A stretch of 64,000 bases of DNA from Candidatus Zhuqueibacterota bacterium (GTDB lineage Bacteria; Zhuqueibacterota; Zhuqueibacteria; Zhuqueibacterales; Geothermadaptataceae), in assembly GCA_015491485.1 (NCBI GenBank), contig WFVT01000284.1:243-64242 (forward strand), read 5' to 3'. Numbering within the stretch: the first letter of the stretch is position 1; each line of letters starts with the position of its first letter. A program made the translations under genes and the position numbers. This document shows, in pieces, positions 22,666 through 31,779 of this stretch. The notes under the pieces are model-generated. The model did no database searches. It had not been told where the DNA came from and was given only the letters and a program-made list of their open reading frames with translations.

Positions 22666-23900
22666 AGAAATTCGTGAAAATTGCCTGGCGGAACATCTGG
22701 CGAAACCGCCGGCGCAGCCTGATCACGATGACGGCGATTATGTTCGCCATTTTGATTACCGGCGTCACCCGGTCGCTACAATACGGCACTTATGATACGC
22801 TGGAATCCTACGCGGTACGGCTGATGACCGGAGAAATGCAGCTTCAGAAAAAAGGCTTTTTTGAACACCAGACCCTGGCCTATTCCTTTCCTGAAAATTT
22901 GTACCCGTGGGATCGGCTGATGGATGAATACGATTTTGTGGAAGCATACGCTCGCCGAATCACCAGTTATGGGCTTGTCGGGTCCGCAACTACCAGCGCC
23001 GGTGCGATGATTATCGGGGTCGAGCCGGGACGAGAAAAACAGGTGACCTATTTTATGACCCAGCTTGCAGCCGGTGAAACCCTCGACGACGGCGACGACC
23101 GCCGTGTGCTTCTGGGGAAAGGATTGGCGGATAATTTAAACGTGACGCCCGGAGATACGGTGGTCGTGCTGACCCAGGGATTCCGGAACCAGTTGGGCGC
23201 GGATATGTATGTGGTGAAGGGACTGATTCGAAGCGGTAATCAGGAACTCGACCGTGCCCTGATGGTGATGCCGTTGCATAACGCGCAGGATCTGTTTTCC
23301 CTGTACGGCCGCATCACCCAGATCGTGCTTGCCACCCGTGATTTCCGCCGCACCGAAGATTACGCCAGCCGAATGCACATCGCCATGGACGGGGAAGAGC
23401 TGCGTGTGCTGCCCTGGCAAACGCTGATGCCGGAATTGTTGCAGCTCATTGCACTCGATAACATCAGCGGTGCGATTTTTCTCTTATTCCTGCTGCTCAT
23501 CGTCGGGTTCGAAATCATGAATACGACGTTAATGGCGATTATGGAGCGGATCAAGGAATTTGGCATCCTGCAGTCGTTGGGCGTGAAACCGCGGCAAATT
23601 TCGCTGATGCTGCTATTGGAAACCGGTATGAAAATTAGTCTCGCCGTCTCCACGGGCCTGCTGCTTACATTTCTTTTTATCCAACTGATCAAGGATTACC
23701 CGATTCCACTCAGTAGCGAGCTGAAAAAGGCGATGGAAGCCTGGGGATTTTATACGGATTTTTATTTCACCGATCGAGTCCGCGTGTTTATCGAGCCGCT
23801 GGTGGCAATTTCTGTTATTGCTGTGCTGTCGGTCATTTATCCGATCTGGACAGCCAGTCGCCTGCGGCCGGTGGATGCGCTGCGGAAAGGACAGCTTTGA
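22662..23900 (+). CDS. ABC transporter permease, FtsX/MacB/LolCE type (copy 1)
   Basis: N-terminus IAWRNIWRNRRRS plus TM1, a large extracytoplasmic domain, three C-terminal TMs, and a C-terminal YPIWTASRLRPVDALR motif. ATGA overlap with the upstream gene. Confidence 0.85.
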   Translation: MKKFVKIAWRNIWRNRRRSLITMTAIMFAILITGVTRSLQYGTYDTLESYAVRLMTGEMQLQKKGFFEHQTLAYSFPENLYPWDRLMDEYDFVEAYARRITSYGLVGSATTSAGAMIIGVEPGREKQVTYFMTQLAAGETLDDGDDRRVLLGKGLADNLNVTPGDTVVVLTQGFRNQLGADMYVVKGLIRSGNQELDRALMVMPLHNAQDLFSLYGRITQIVLATRDFRRTEDYASRMHIAMDGEELRVLPWQTLMPELLQLIALDNISGAIFLLFLLLIVGFEIMNTTLMAIMERIKEFGILQSLGVKPRQISLMLLLETGMKISLAVSTGLLLTFLFIQLIKDYPIPLSSELKKAMEAWGFYTDFYFTDRVRVFIEPLVAISVIAVLSVIYPIWTASRLRPVDALRKGQL

Positions 23901-24027
23901 TACCGTTTCTCCGTGTGCTGTGGACGGTTCGGCATGATGCGGAGCTGAGGCGACCTTTTTGAGGCCGCTACAACAGGCACAAGCTGCAGCGGTTTATTTT
24001 CAACTGAATCGTGGGTTTGCCTTTTTA

Positions 24028-24116
24028 TATCCGTCCGGTGAAGTACAGGTTGATTATCAGGGCGAGAAGCCATGTTTGCCTGGGGTCTAACGCGAGGCGT
24101 CCCTGCCGAGCGCTCC
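24028..24116 (+). repeat. Dispersed intergenic element, copy A
   Basis: TATCCGT..GAAGTACAGGTTGATTATCAGG..GAGAAGCCATG..GAGGCGTCCCTGCCGAGCGCTCC aligns along its length with copies at 33743 and 38526, in the same orientation. Confidence 0.7.
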
Positions 24117-24483
24117 ACCCACCTTCGGCCAGAGGCCTCGGGATAGTTAAAAATGATTCGGACGGCGGCACCGGGCTGGCAGGGAATTCTTTTACCGGCC
24201 GCCTTCGGGTTAGCAGGAAAAATTTGGGATTCACCGATCCGCCGGTCAGATTGAAGTTTGGCGCAGTGTGGAAACCTTGCGACAGGTTCAGAGCCTCTGC
24301 AAACCGCAGACGCATGAGTTGCTACTCGAGTTGACCTTCATCACACGGATGTGCCTTTTTCAGAAAGGCCGATAGAGAAAATTCAATCAAGAAAACGTAC
24401 CCTTTCCATAGGTAAGGAATGCGTAACGTTTGCGCATACAGCATATGCTTTAAACTAAAAACGACACCAGTCGGTGATCTCCC

Positions 24484-25707
24484 ATGAAAACGACCCTGAA
24501 GATTGCCTGGCGCAACATCTGGCGTAATCCCCGGCGGAGCTGGGTGCTCATAACCACCGTTGTCGTGGCGGTTATTGGATATGTGGGAACGACCAGCTTC
24601 ACGCGCGGATTTATGTATGAGATGGTCAATTCCGCCATTCGCTATTATGGGGGGCATATTCAGATCATCCCCGAAGGCTATGATACCAAGCCGAACATCC
24701 AATTGCGGCTGAGCCACCCGGATCGCATGGCCGAAGCCCTCGCCCGGGTGCCGGGAATTCACTTTGCTCCACTGGTCACATTCAAGGGCATGGCCAGCAG
24801 CAGCGAGGCCTCCGGCGGAGTGGTGATCAACGGGATCGATCCTCAAAAAGAGCGGCAGGTAACCATTGTATCCGAAAAGATCATCGCCGGAGACTATTTT
24901 GAATCCGAAACGGCCAATGCGGCAGTGATCGGGGAAGAATTGGCTGAACGGTTGAACGTTCGGCTGGGGGAGAAAATCATTCTCATGGCCAGCGCACTGG
25001 ACCAAAACATCGCCAGCGGGGCGTTCCGGGTGGTCGGGATTTTTCGAACGGTCAGTACAGATTTTGACCGTGCTTTTGTGTTTATCCGGCTCGACGATGC
25101 GCAGAAGCTCATCGGGTATCAGGATGAGATCACGGCCTTCTCGATCCACCTCCAGCAAGGTTATGATTTGCAACAAACTGTGGAACGGCTACGGGAGACG
25201 CTGCCCCCGGGTGATTTTAAAATCCAGACCTGGCGCGAACGCAACCCGGTTCTGGTGCTGTCGCTGGAAGTGTATGAATATTTTATTTTTCTTTTTCTGC
25301 TTATCATCGTGACGGCGGTGGCGTTTACTATTGTCAATTCGTTCCTCATGGTGATTTACGAGCGCATCCGCGAGTTTGGGGTGATGATGGCCATGGGAGT
25401 GTTGCCCAAACGCATCCGGAGGATGCTCTATTGGGAAACGCTGTTTTTGACCCTGATCGGCTCGACCGTCGGGATTGTCCTATCCTATTTGATTTTTGGA
25501 TACTGGCGCCGCCATGGGCTTGATCTCAGCGCCACCTCCGATGCCCTGGGGAAACTTGGTATCAGCACCGTCATTTATCCGGAAATTCTGATGTCAGACC
25601 TGCTGATCGGACTCGGTGTCATCGTAAGCCTCACCTGGATTGCCGTGCTGTATCCAGCCTATAAAGCAAGCCGGTTTCATGTCGTCGATGCATTGAATTT
25701 TGTTTAA
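24484..25707 (+). CDS. ABC transporter permease, FtsX/MacB/LolCE type (copy 2)
   Basis: Same architecture and N-terminal IAWRNIWRNPRRS motif as copy 1; C-terminal YPAYKASRFHVVDAL. Confidence 0.85.
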   Translation: MKTTLKIAWRNIWRNPRRSWVLITTVVVAVIGYVGTTSFTRGFMYEMVNSAIRYYGGHIQIIPEGYDTKPNIQLRLSHPDRMAEALARVPGIHFAPLVTFKGMASSSEASGGVVINGIDPQKERQVTIVSEKIIAGDYFESETANAAVIGEELAERLNVRLGEKIILMASALDQNIASGAFRVVGIFRTVSTDFDRAFVFIRLDDAQKLIGYQDEITAFSIHLQQGYDLQQTVERLRETLPPGDFKIQTWRERNPVLVLSLEVYEYFIFLFLLIIVTAVAFTIVNSFLMVIYERIREFGVMMAMGVLPKRIRRMLYWETLFLTLIGSTVGIVLSYLIFGYWRRHGLDLSATSDALGKLGISTVIYPEILMSDLLIGLGVIVSLTWIAVLYPAYKASRFHVVDALNFV

Positions 25708-25721
25708 TTGCGGGTATTACT

Positions 25722-26411
25722 ATGGACATTGTTCAAGTGGAAAATCTGGTCAAAGTGTATGAAGATCAAAATCAGGTGCCGGTTCGGGCACTGGATGGGA
25801 TTGACCTGCAGATCGGGGAAGGGGAATTTACGGCGATTGCCGGCCCCTCTGGATCGGGAAAGACCACCCTGCTCAACCTGATCGGTGGATTGGATAAACC
25901 GACGTCCGGTTCGGTTCGTGTTGCGGGACAGGATTTGAACGAACTGGATGGCAATGCACTGGCTGAATTCCGGTTGCGAAATCTCGGATTTATCTTTCAA
26001 GCCTATAATTTGATTCCCGTGCTGAGCGCCCTGGAAAATGTGGAGTTTATTTTGCTGCTGCAGGGCGTTCCGGAAGAAGAGCGGATCGAACGGGCACGGC
26101 AGGAACTGGCGGAACTGGGCATCAGTGACGACATGATGCACCGGCGGCCGTCCGAGCTATCCGGAGGCCAGCAGCAACGAGTGGCGGTGGCCCGAGCCAC
26201 GGTCGCCCGACCGCGAATCATTCTTGCCGACGAACCCACAGCCAACCTGGATTCGAAAACCGGTGGGTTGTTGCTGGATAAAATGCGTGAAATGAACGAA
26301 AGCCGCGGGATCACGTTTTTATTTTCCACCCATGATCAAATGGTGATGGAGCGCGCCCGACGGCTCATCCTGATTCGTGACGGTAAAATTGTGGAGGACC
26401 GGCAGCGGTGA
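25722..26411 (+). CDS. ABC transporter ATP-binding protein (LolD/MacB-type)
   Basis: Walker A GPSGSGKTT, signature LSGGQQQRVAVARA, Walker B ILADEPT, H-loop STHD. Confidence 0.9.
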   Translation: MDIVQVENLVKVYEDQNQVPVRALDGIDLQIGEGEFTAIAGPSGSGKTTLLNLIGGLDKPTSGSVRVAGQDLNELDGNALAEFRLRNLGFIFQAYNLIPVLSALENVEFILLLQGVPEEERIERARQELAELGISDDMMHRRPSELSGGQQQRVAVARATVARPRIILADEPTANLDSKTGGLLLDKMREMNESRGITFLFSTHDQMVMERARRLILIRDGKIVEDRQR

Positions 26412-27565
26412 GGCGAATCTGGCGGACAGGCACGGCACTGCTGCTGTTCGGCTTTATCTGCTTGTTCAGCAGAGAAAATGCCCGGGCAGCCGGCGCTATT
26501 GCCATGCAATTTTCCGGCTACGCCAAAACGCTGGCCATCCGGAGTCAATCGCTGTTTACCCCCCGACCGTATTTTTATGACCTGTCACGCTTCCGGCTCA
26601 AAGGGCAGATTTTCATGGGGAGCCAATTTCAATTTGAAGGTTGGCTCGACACGGAACTTCATGCCGGTAACTTTCTGGAAACATTGGATTACCGTTTCGC
26701 TCAGCTTCTGCGCCCACAAATGTATTTTGATCTCGATTGGGACGTGATCTCCGAATCCCGTCTTCAAGTGCAACAGCGTCTGTTTCGGCTGTTTGCCACC
26801 CTGTTCGTCGGCGACATTCAAATCACCGCAGGGCGTCAGCGAATCGCCTGGGGCACCGGCTTTGCATGGAATCCCACCGATCTGCTCAATCCATACAATC
26901 CATTTGCCGTGGAACGGGAAGAAAAAGACGGCGTGGATGCAATCTACGTGGCTGTGCCTCTCGGTGCGTTATCCCGTGTCGAAGTCGCAGTCGCGCCGGG
27001 GAAAACCGGTTTGCCGTCGCGTACGGGAGTTCGCGGCCATACGAATGTGAGCGGAGTGGATGTATCCATGATGGCCGGCCGATTCGGGGGACGCTGGGTC
27101 TGGGGCGGCGATGTTGCCGCGTATCTCGGCGGGGCGGCTGTTCGCGCCGAGTGGGCTTATGTCCGGCAGAGCAACCGCGCCGTTTATTGGCGATTTGTCG
27201 CCAATGCGGATTATAATTTTTCCAACGGCATTTACGTACTGGTGGAGTATTATTTCAACGGCCGGGGGACGGCCAACAAAAATGATTACAACCTGCTGGC
27301 GCTGCTCAGCGGGGAGACTTTCGGGCTGGCACGGCATTATACCGCCGCCCTTCTCAGCAAAGATGTGACGCCCTTGCTCAAATTGCAATTCTATGCCATT
27401 GCCAATTTGAATGATAAGAGCGCGCTGTGGGGACCGGCGGTTTCCTATTCTCTCGCCCAGAATCTGGAATTGCTGGTAAGCGGCTACCTGTTTGCCGGGG
27501 AATCGGGGAGTGAGCTGGGAGCATTGCATAACACCTATTTCGCCAGTCTGCAATATTTTTTTTAG
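26408..27565 (+). CDS. Putative outer-membrane beta-barrel protein
   Basis: Signal-like N-terminus, alternating amphipathic pattern rich in Y/G/N, C-terminal SLQYFF (aromatic terminus typical of OMP barrels). GTGA overlap with the ATPase stop. Confidence 0.55.
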   Translation: MRRIWRTGTALLLFGFICLFSRENARAAGAIAMQFSGYAKTLAIRSQSLFTPRPYFYDLSRFRLKGQIFMGSQFQFEGWLDTELHAGNFLETLDYRFAQLLRPQMYFDLDWDVISESRLQVQQRLFRLFATLFVGDIQITAGRQRIAWGTGFAWNPTDLLNPYNPFAVEREEKDGVDAIYVAVPLGALSRVEVAVAPGKTGLPSRTGVRGHTNVSGVDVSMMAGRFGGRWVWGGDVAAYLGGAAVRAEWAYVRQSNRAVYWRFVANADYNFSNGIYVLVEYYFNGRGTANKNDYNLLALLSGETFGLARHYTAALLSKDVTPLLKLQFYAIANLNDKSALWGPAVSYSLAQNLELLVSGYLFAGESGSELGALHNTYFASLQYFF

Positions 27566-27619
27566 GAAAACGTGAAACGCGAAACATGCTTTTACCCCAC
27601 ACCGGGGCGGTGGAACGCA

Positions 27620-28444
27620 TCAGTTGGAAGGGGGAGCAGCGTCGGGTGCGGCGTTTTCGGTCGACCCGGTCGTGTCAGAACGGTTCTGCAATTCCCAGAT
27701 TTTCATATACAGCGCCATTTTGACCATCGCCGTAACCAGAGCCAATAAAAAGCCATGCATGCCGTCCCGGTAGCCCCGAAGGCCGATATATTTGTTGAAA
27801 AATGCGGCGATGGGATGCAATAGGATATGATACCAGCGAACACGCTTGCCACCGAGCCGATCCAGCGCCTCCAGACTCGAATACCGATTCAGCCGATCAA
27901 AACTTTCCTTCAGATTCTGGTGGGTATAGTGCAACAGATGATGCTGCAAAGTCCCAATGGGGCCGTCCACCTCAAAACCTTCATGCACCCACCTTTCCGT
28001 GACCCGGGTTCGATTGCGCTGAAACAACCGTAATTGGTATCCCGGATACCATCCGCTGTGGTAGATAAATTTGCCAAGAAAGGTGCTCAGCCGCGGAATA
28101 CGAAAACCGGCATAGGGAAGATCATCCCGGCTCAGGATACTCCGTATTTCATCCCGGAGTTCGGGCGTCACCCGCTCGTCTGCGTCGATACTCAGAACCC
28201 AGGAATGACTCGCCTTTTGCAACGCATAACGCTTTTGGGCGGCATAGCCGGGCCACGGATTGTGAAACACCCGATCGGTGAATTCACGCGCCAGCTCGAC
28301 CGTCCGGTCCGTACTCCCGCCATCGACCACCACGATTTCATCCGCCCAGCTAACGGATGCCAAACATTCGCGGATGTGGCGCTCTTCATTTTGCACGATG
28401 ATAATCACCGACAGCGGCCGCCGGCGAGACGTTCCCTGGTTCAT
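27620..28444 (-). CDS. Glycosyltransferase family 2
   Basis: LSVIIIVQNEERHIRECLASVSWADEIVVVDGGSTDRT and SIDADE (DxD-like). Start placed at ATG 28444, which overlaps the upstream stop (ATGA). Confidence 0.8.
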   Translation of the reverse strand: MNQGTSRRRPLSVIIIVQNEERHIRECLASVSWADEIVVVDGGSTDRTVELAREFTDRVFHNPWPGYAAQKRYALQKASHSWVLSIDADERVTPELRDEIRSILSRDDLPYAGFRIPRLSTFLGKFIYHSGWYPGYQLRLFQRNRTRVTERWVHEGFEVDGPIGTLQHHLLHYTHQNLKESFDRLNRYSSLEALDRLGGKRVRWYHILLHPIAAFFNKYIGLRGYRDGMHGFLLALVTAMVKMALYMKIWELQNRSDTTGSTENAAPDAAPPSN

Positions 28445-29514
28445 GAATTCAGCCCCTGAAGCTCCAGCACCTCTACCGCATTTTGGAGAACCGGATCCAC
28501 TTCCAGCCGGTTCATGCAATCCAGTGTTTGAATGGGACAGGTCGTTTGGTTACAGCCCAGGCAGGATAAGCCCTCGAGGCGAGCGACCCGGTGCCCCTGA
28601 CCCCACGGCCCCTGCAAATCCGGACGAGTGGGACCGAAGATCGCCACCACCGGCGTTCCCATGGCCGCCGCCAAATGCATCGGTCCGCTGTCGTTACTGA
28701 TGAGCAGGTGCAGCCGTTTCAAGATCGCCGCCAGTTGCAGGAGGTCAGTCTGTGGGGCGATGATGGGTTGATGTTTCATACTGCGGGCGATTTCCTGCAC
28801 GTCCTGCAGTTCGCCCGGTCCCCACAGCAGCAAAATCCGGCATGAAAGCTGTTCGGTAAGGCGGTCTCCCAGCTCGGCAAAACGGTGCAGCGGCCAGCGT
28901 TTGGTGTACCAGCCCCCGGAACTATTCATGCCGATCACCAGAGAACCGGTCAGGCCTGACTCCTGCCAGTACCGCTCCGCAAAAGCCTCTTCAATGTCGC
29001 TGAGTTCGATGCGCGGGTCTCGGGTATGCACCGGGATGCCGAGTGCCTGCAGGGCATCCAGATTGAATTGCACCTCATGGACGCGATCTCCGCGGGGAGG
29101 GATGCGATAATTGTAAGCGTATTGCCGGCCACGGAAAGCATAGCCGATGCGATAGCGGGCGCGTGTTGCCCACGCAAACTGAGCCGATCGCGGATTGCCA
29201 AACAAATCGAATACCAGATCGTATTTCCGCCGGTAAAGTTCGCGGAAAAAAGCGAGGTTCTCACGCAGCCAGGCTAAGCCGGATTTGGAGTCCACATAAT
29301 TTCGTTCGAACACCAGGACGTCATCGAGGTCGGGATGATGTTTCAGCAGCGGCGCGGCGGGCGGTTCTGTGAGGAAGTCGATCTGTGCATCCGGAAAAGC
29401 GCGACGCAGATTCTCGATAACCGGTGTGGCCAGAATCACGTCGCCGATGGCCCGCAGTTTGATCACCAAAATGCGATTCACTTGCTGGCGAATTTGGTCG
29501 TATTGCAAGGGCAT
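28441..29514 (-). CDS. Glycosyltransferase family 9 (LPS heptosyltransferase-like)
   Basis: ILVIKLRAIGDVILATPVIENLRRAFPDAQIDFL and SNDSGPMHLAAAMGTPVVAIFGPT. Start placed at ATG 29514, downstream of GGAGG. Confidence 0.8.
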   Translation of the reverse strand: MPLQYDQIRQQVNRILVIKLRAIGDVILATPVIENLRRAFPDAQIDFLTEPPAAPLLKHHPDLDDVLVFERNYVDSKSGLAWLRENLAFFRELYRRKYDLVFDLFGNPRSAQFAWATRARYRIGYAFRGRQYAYNYRIPPRGDRVHEVQFNLDALQALGIPVHTRDPRIELSDIEEAFAERYWQESGLTGSLVIGMNSSGGWYTKRWPLHRFAELGDRLTEQLSCRILLLWGPGELQDVQEIARSMKHQPIIAPQTDLLQLAAILKRLHLLISNDSGPMHLAAAMGTPVVAIFGPTRPDLQGPWGQGHRVARLEGLSCLGCNQTTCPIQTLDCMNRLEVDPVLQNAVEVLELQGLNS

Positions 29515-29570
29515 GGATGGATTCCTCCGTGAATCAGCAGCGGTGGCGTCGGGAGTTCGCTGTGACAGAG

Positions 29571-31097
29571 TTACAGCCGCTGTAGTTGTTTCCAGCCGCG
29601 CAAACGCCATGCCGAAGCCGGACGGTGGTTCGCCGCTTGTACAGCTTGCGAAACCGGAGCGGCCTGCCCGTTCTCCTGAAAAAATGCCATGGCCGCGGCG
29701 GCGGCGATTTTTTCATCTTCCGTCAAATCGGATGAAAGTTCGTCCAGCCGGGGCAAAAATTCATTCGGTACAAAATGGGTGTCAAAATCTCCGGAACGGA
29801 ACCGGTCGTTGCGCATGACCCAGGTACAGAAGGGAATGGTGGTTTTTACCCCGAAAACCCGGTATTCTTCCAATGCCCGGAGCATGCGTTCGATGGCCTG
29901 AAGGCGGTTCTCGCCGTGCACAATCAGTTTGGCGATCATCGGATCGTAATACAGCGAAATTTCATCACCGGAGGTTACGCCGGAATCCACCCGGACCCCG
30001 GGCCCGTCCGGGTTTTGCAAAAATTCGACCTTGCCGATGGATGGCAAAAAGTTGTTCCGCGGGTCTTCGGCATAGACACGGCATTCAATGGCATGTCCCT
30101 GCAGTCGGACGTCGTCCTGGGTGAACGGTAAAGGCTGCCCCATGGCGACGTGCAATTGCAGCCGCACCAAATCCATTCCCACCACCATTTCTGTGACCGG
30201 ATGCTCGACTTGCAAGCGCGTGTTCATCTCCAAAAAATAAAAATGCCGGTCCTGATCGACCAAAAATTCGATTGTACCGGCGTTGACATACCCGCATGCC
30301 TGGGCGGCTTTAACAGCCGCTTCGCCCATTTGGGCGCGCAATTCCGGGGTCATGAGCGGAGAGGGCGACTCTTCGATGATTTTTTGATGCCGTCGCTGAA
30401 TGGAACACTCGCGCTCGCATAGATGCACCACATTGCCGTGCTCATCGGCAAAGACCTGAAACTCGATGTGACGCGGTCCCTGAAGATATTTTTCGATATA
30501 AACACGGCCGTCGCCGAACGCGGATTGCGCCTCCGATGACGCCGCTCGGAATGCGGATTCCATTTCCTCCGCGGATGAAACCACGCGCATGCCTTTGCCG
30601 CCTCCACCGGCCGCTGCTTTGAGCAAAACCGGGAAGCCGATCGACCGGGCGACCTGAACGGCTTCCCGGACATCAGAAAGCGGTGCCGGACTGCCCGGTA
30701 CGATAGGAACACCCGCTTTTTTCATGGTGTCGCGCGCGGCGGTTTTGTCGCCCATAATTCGCATCGCCTCGGGCGGCGGACCGATGAAAATCATACCGGC
30801 GGCATTGACCTTTTCGGCAAAGGCGGGATTTTCCGCAAGAAAGCCATAGCCCGGATGAATCGCCTGCGCACCGGCGCGTTTGGCGATATCGATGATGCGG
30901 TCCTGCTGAAGATAACTCTCCGAGGCCGCAGGCGGTCCCAGATAATAGGCTTCATCCGCCATGCGCACGTGATAAGCCGTTCGGTCGGCTTCCGAATAGA
31001 CAGCCACCGTTTCGATGCCCATTTCCCGGCAGGTGCGCATGATGCGCACGGCAATCTCTCCGCGGTTGGCGATGAGAACTTTGTTGATGTGTTTCAT
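29571..31097 (-). CDS. accC: Biotin carboxylase subunit of an acyl-CoA carboxylase
   Basis: KVLIANRGEIAVRIMRTCREMGI, an ATP-grasp glycine-rich loop KAAAGGGGKGMRVV, and EMNTRLQVEHPVTE. About 55 extra C-terminal residues; no biotinyl (AMKM) motif. Confidence 0.9.
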   Translation of the reverse strand: MKHINKVLIANRGEIAVRIMRTCREMGIETVAVYSEADRTAYHVRMADEAYYLGPPAASESYLQQDRIIDIAKRAGAQAIHPGYGFLAENPAFAEKVNAAGMIFIGPPPEAMRIMGDKTAARDTMKKAGVPIVPGSPAPLSDVREAVQVARSIGFPVLLKAAAGGGGKGMRVVSSAEEMESAFRAASSEAQSAFGDGRVYIEKYLQGPRHIEFQVFADEHGNVVHLCERECSIQRRHQKIIEESPSPLMTPELRAQMGEAAVKAAQACGYVNAGTIEFLVDQDRHFYFLEMNTRLQVEHPVTEMVVGMDLVRLQLHVAMGQPLPFTQDDVRLQGHAIECRVYAEDPRNNFLPSIGKVEFLQNPDGPGVRVDSGVTSGDEISLYYDPMIAKLIVHGENRLQAIERMLRALEEYRVFGVKTTIPFCTWVMRNDRFRSGDFDTHFVPNEFLPRLDELSSDLTEDEKIAAAAAMAFFQENGQAAPVSQAVQAANHRPASAWRLRGWKQLQRL

Positions 31098-31399
31098 ACG
31101 TCTATTGCCTTTCCTGTATCAGCAAAGTGTTACTGTCAACCCTGATGCTCTGGTATCATTTTCGAGACGGCCGAAACCTCCATCCCCGGAAGAGGACGGC
31201 GTTTCTGAGCCAGACCTTTTTTGCATGACGCTCCCGGCCGACCCCGCTGATGGAGAGAAGCACCGCCTCCGTGACGGATGGTGGCCTCGCAACCCGGGTT
31301 TTTACACGCCGCCCCGATAGGCCAATCGGAACCGGCATTTATGAAACAGAGCCCGGGAGAGTGCGCAAAAAGAGCAATCTCCGGGGGCCTGGCAAACCG

Positions 31400-31750
31400 C
31401 TATCCGGCCGCTTGCTGAAAACTCGCCAGAGCCTCGTCTTCGTTATCAAACGATTCGATGACATCATCCAGTTTGGCGATCCGAATCAGATTCAACACGC
31501 GTTCGTTGAGATGAACCAGTTTCAAATCGCGGCCCTGTTCCCGGCCCTGGCGGATGCCGAACAAAATGGCGCCGAGACCGGTCGAATCTGCGTAATGAAC
31601 TTGCTTCAAATCCAACAAAATGCCTTTATTTTTGCCGGACACCAATTTGAGCAGTTCCATTTTCAAATCATGGGCGACCTCGGTATCCAGCCGTTCGTGG
31701 TGCACGCGCAGAATACTCACATCGTTTTTGTGTTCTACCGTATAATGCAT
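31400..31750 (-). CDS. STAS-domain protein (anti-sigma-factor antagonist, SpoIIAA-like)
   Basis: 116 aa. LDLKQVHYADSTGLGAILF contains the DSTG(L) phosphorylatable-Ser-type motif of STAS/SpoIIAA proteins. Confidence 0.75.
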   Translation of the reverse strand: MHYTVEHKNDVSILRVHHERLDTEVAHDLKMELLKLVSGKNKGILLDLKQVHYADSTGLGAILFGIRQGREQGRDLKLVHLNERVLNLIRIAKLDDVIESFDNEDEALASFQQAAG

Positions 31751-31779
31751 GACGGGCTCCCCAAATCGACAGTTGTCCG

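Noticed and set aside
24322-25176. 284-aa minus-strand ORF spanning the spacer and the start of permease 2
   Set aside because: It is antisense to the FtsX permease, whose frame has the conserved IAWRNIWRN start and TM pattern. Its composition is not protein-like.
31098-31399. Search for a hidden biotin carboxyl carrier (BCCP) ORF between STAS and accC
   Set aside because: No frame contains an AMKM-type biotinylation motif. The only ORF (31156..31338 -, 60 aa) is Arg-rich and implausible.
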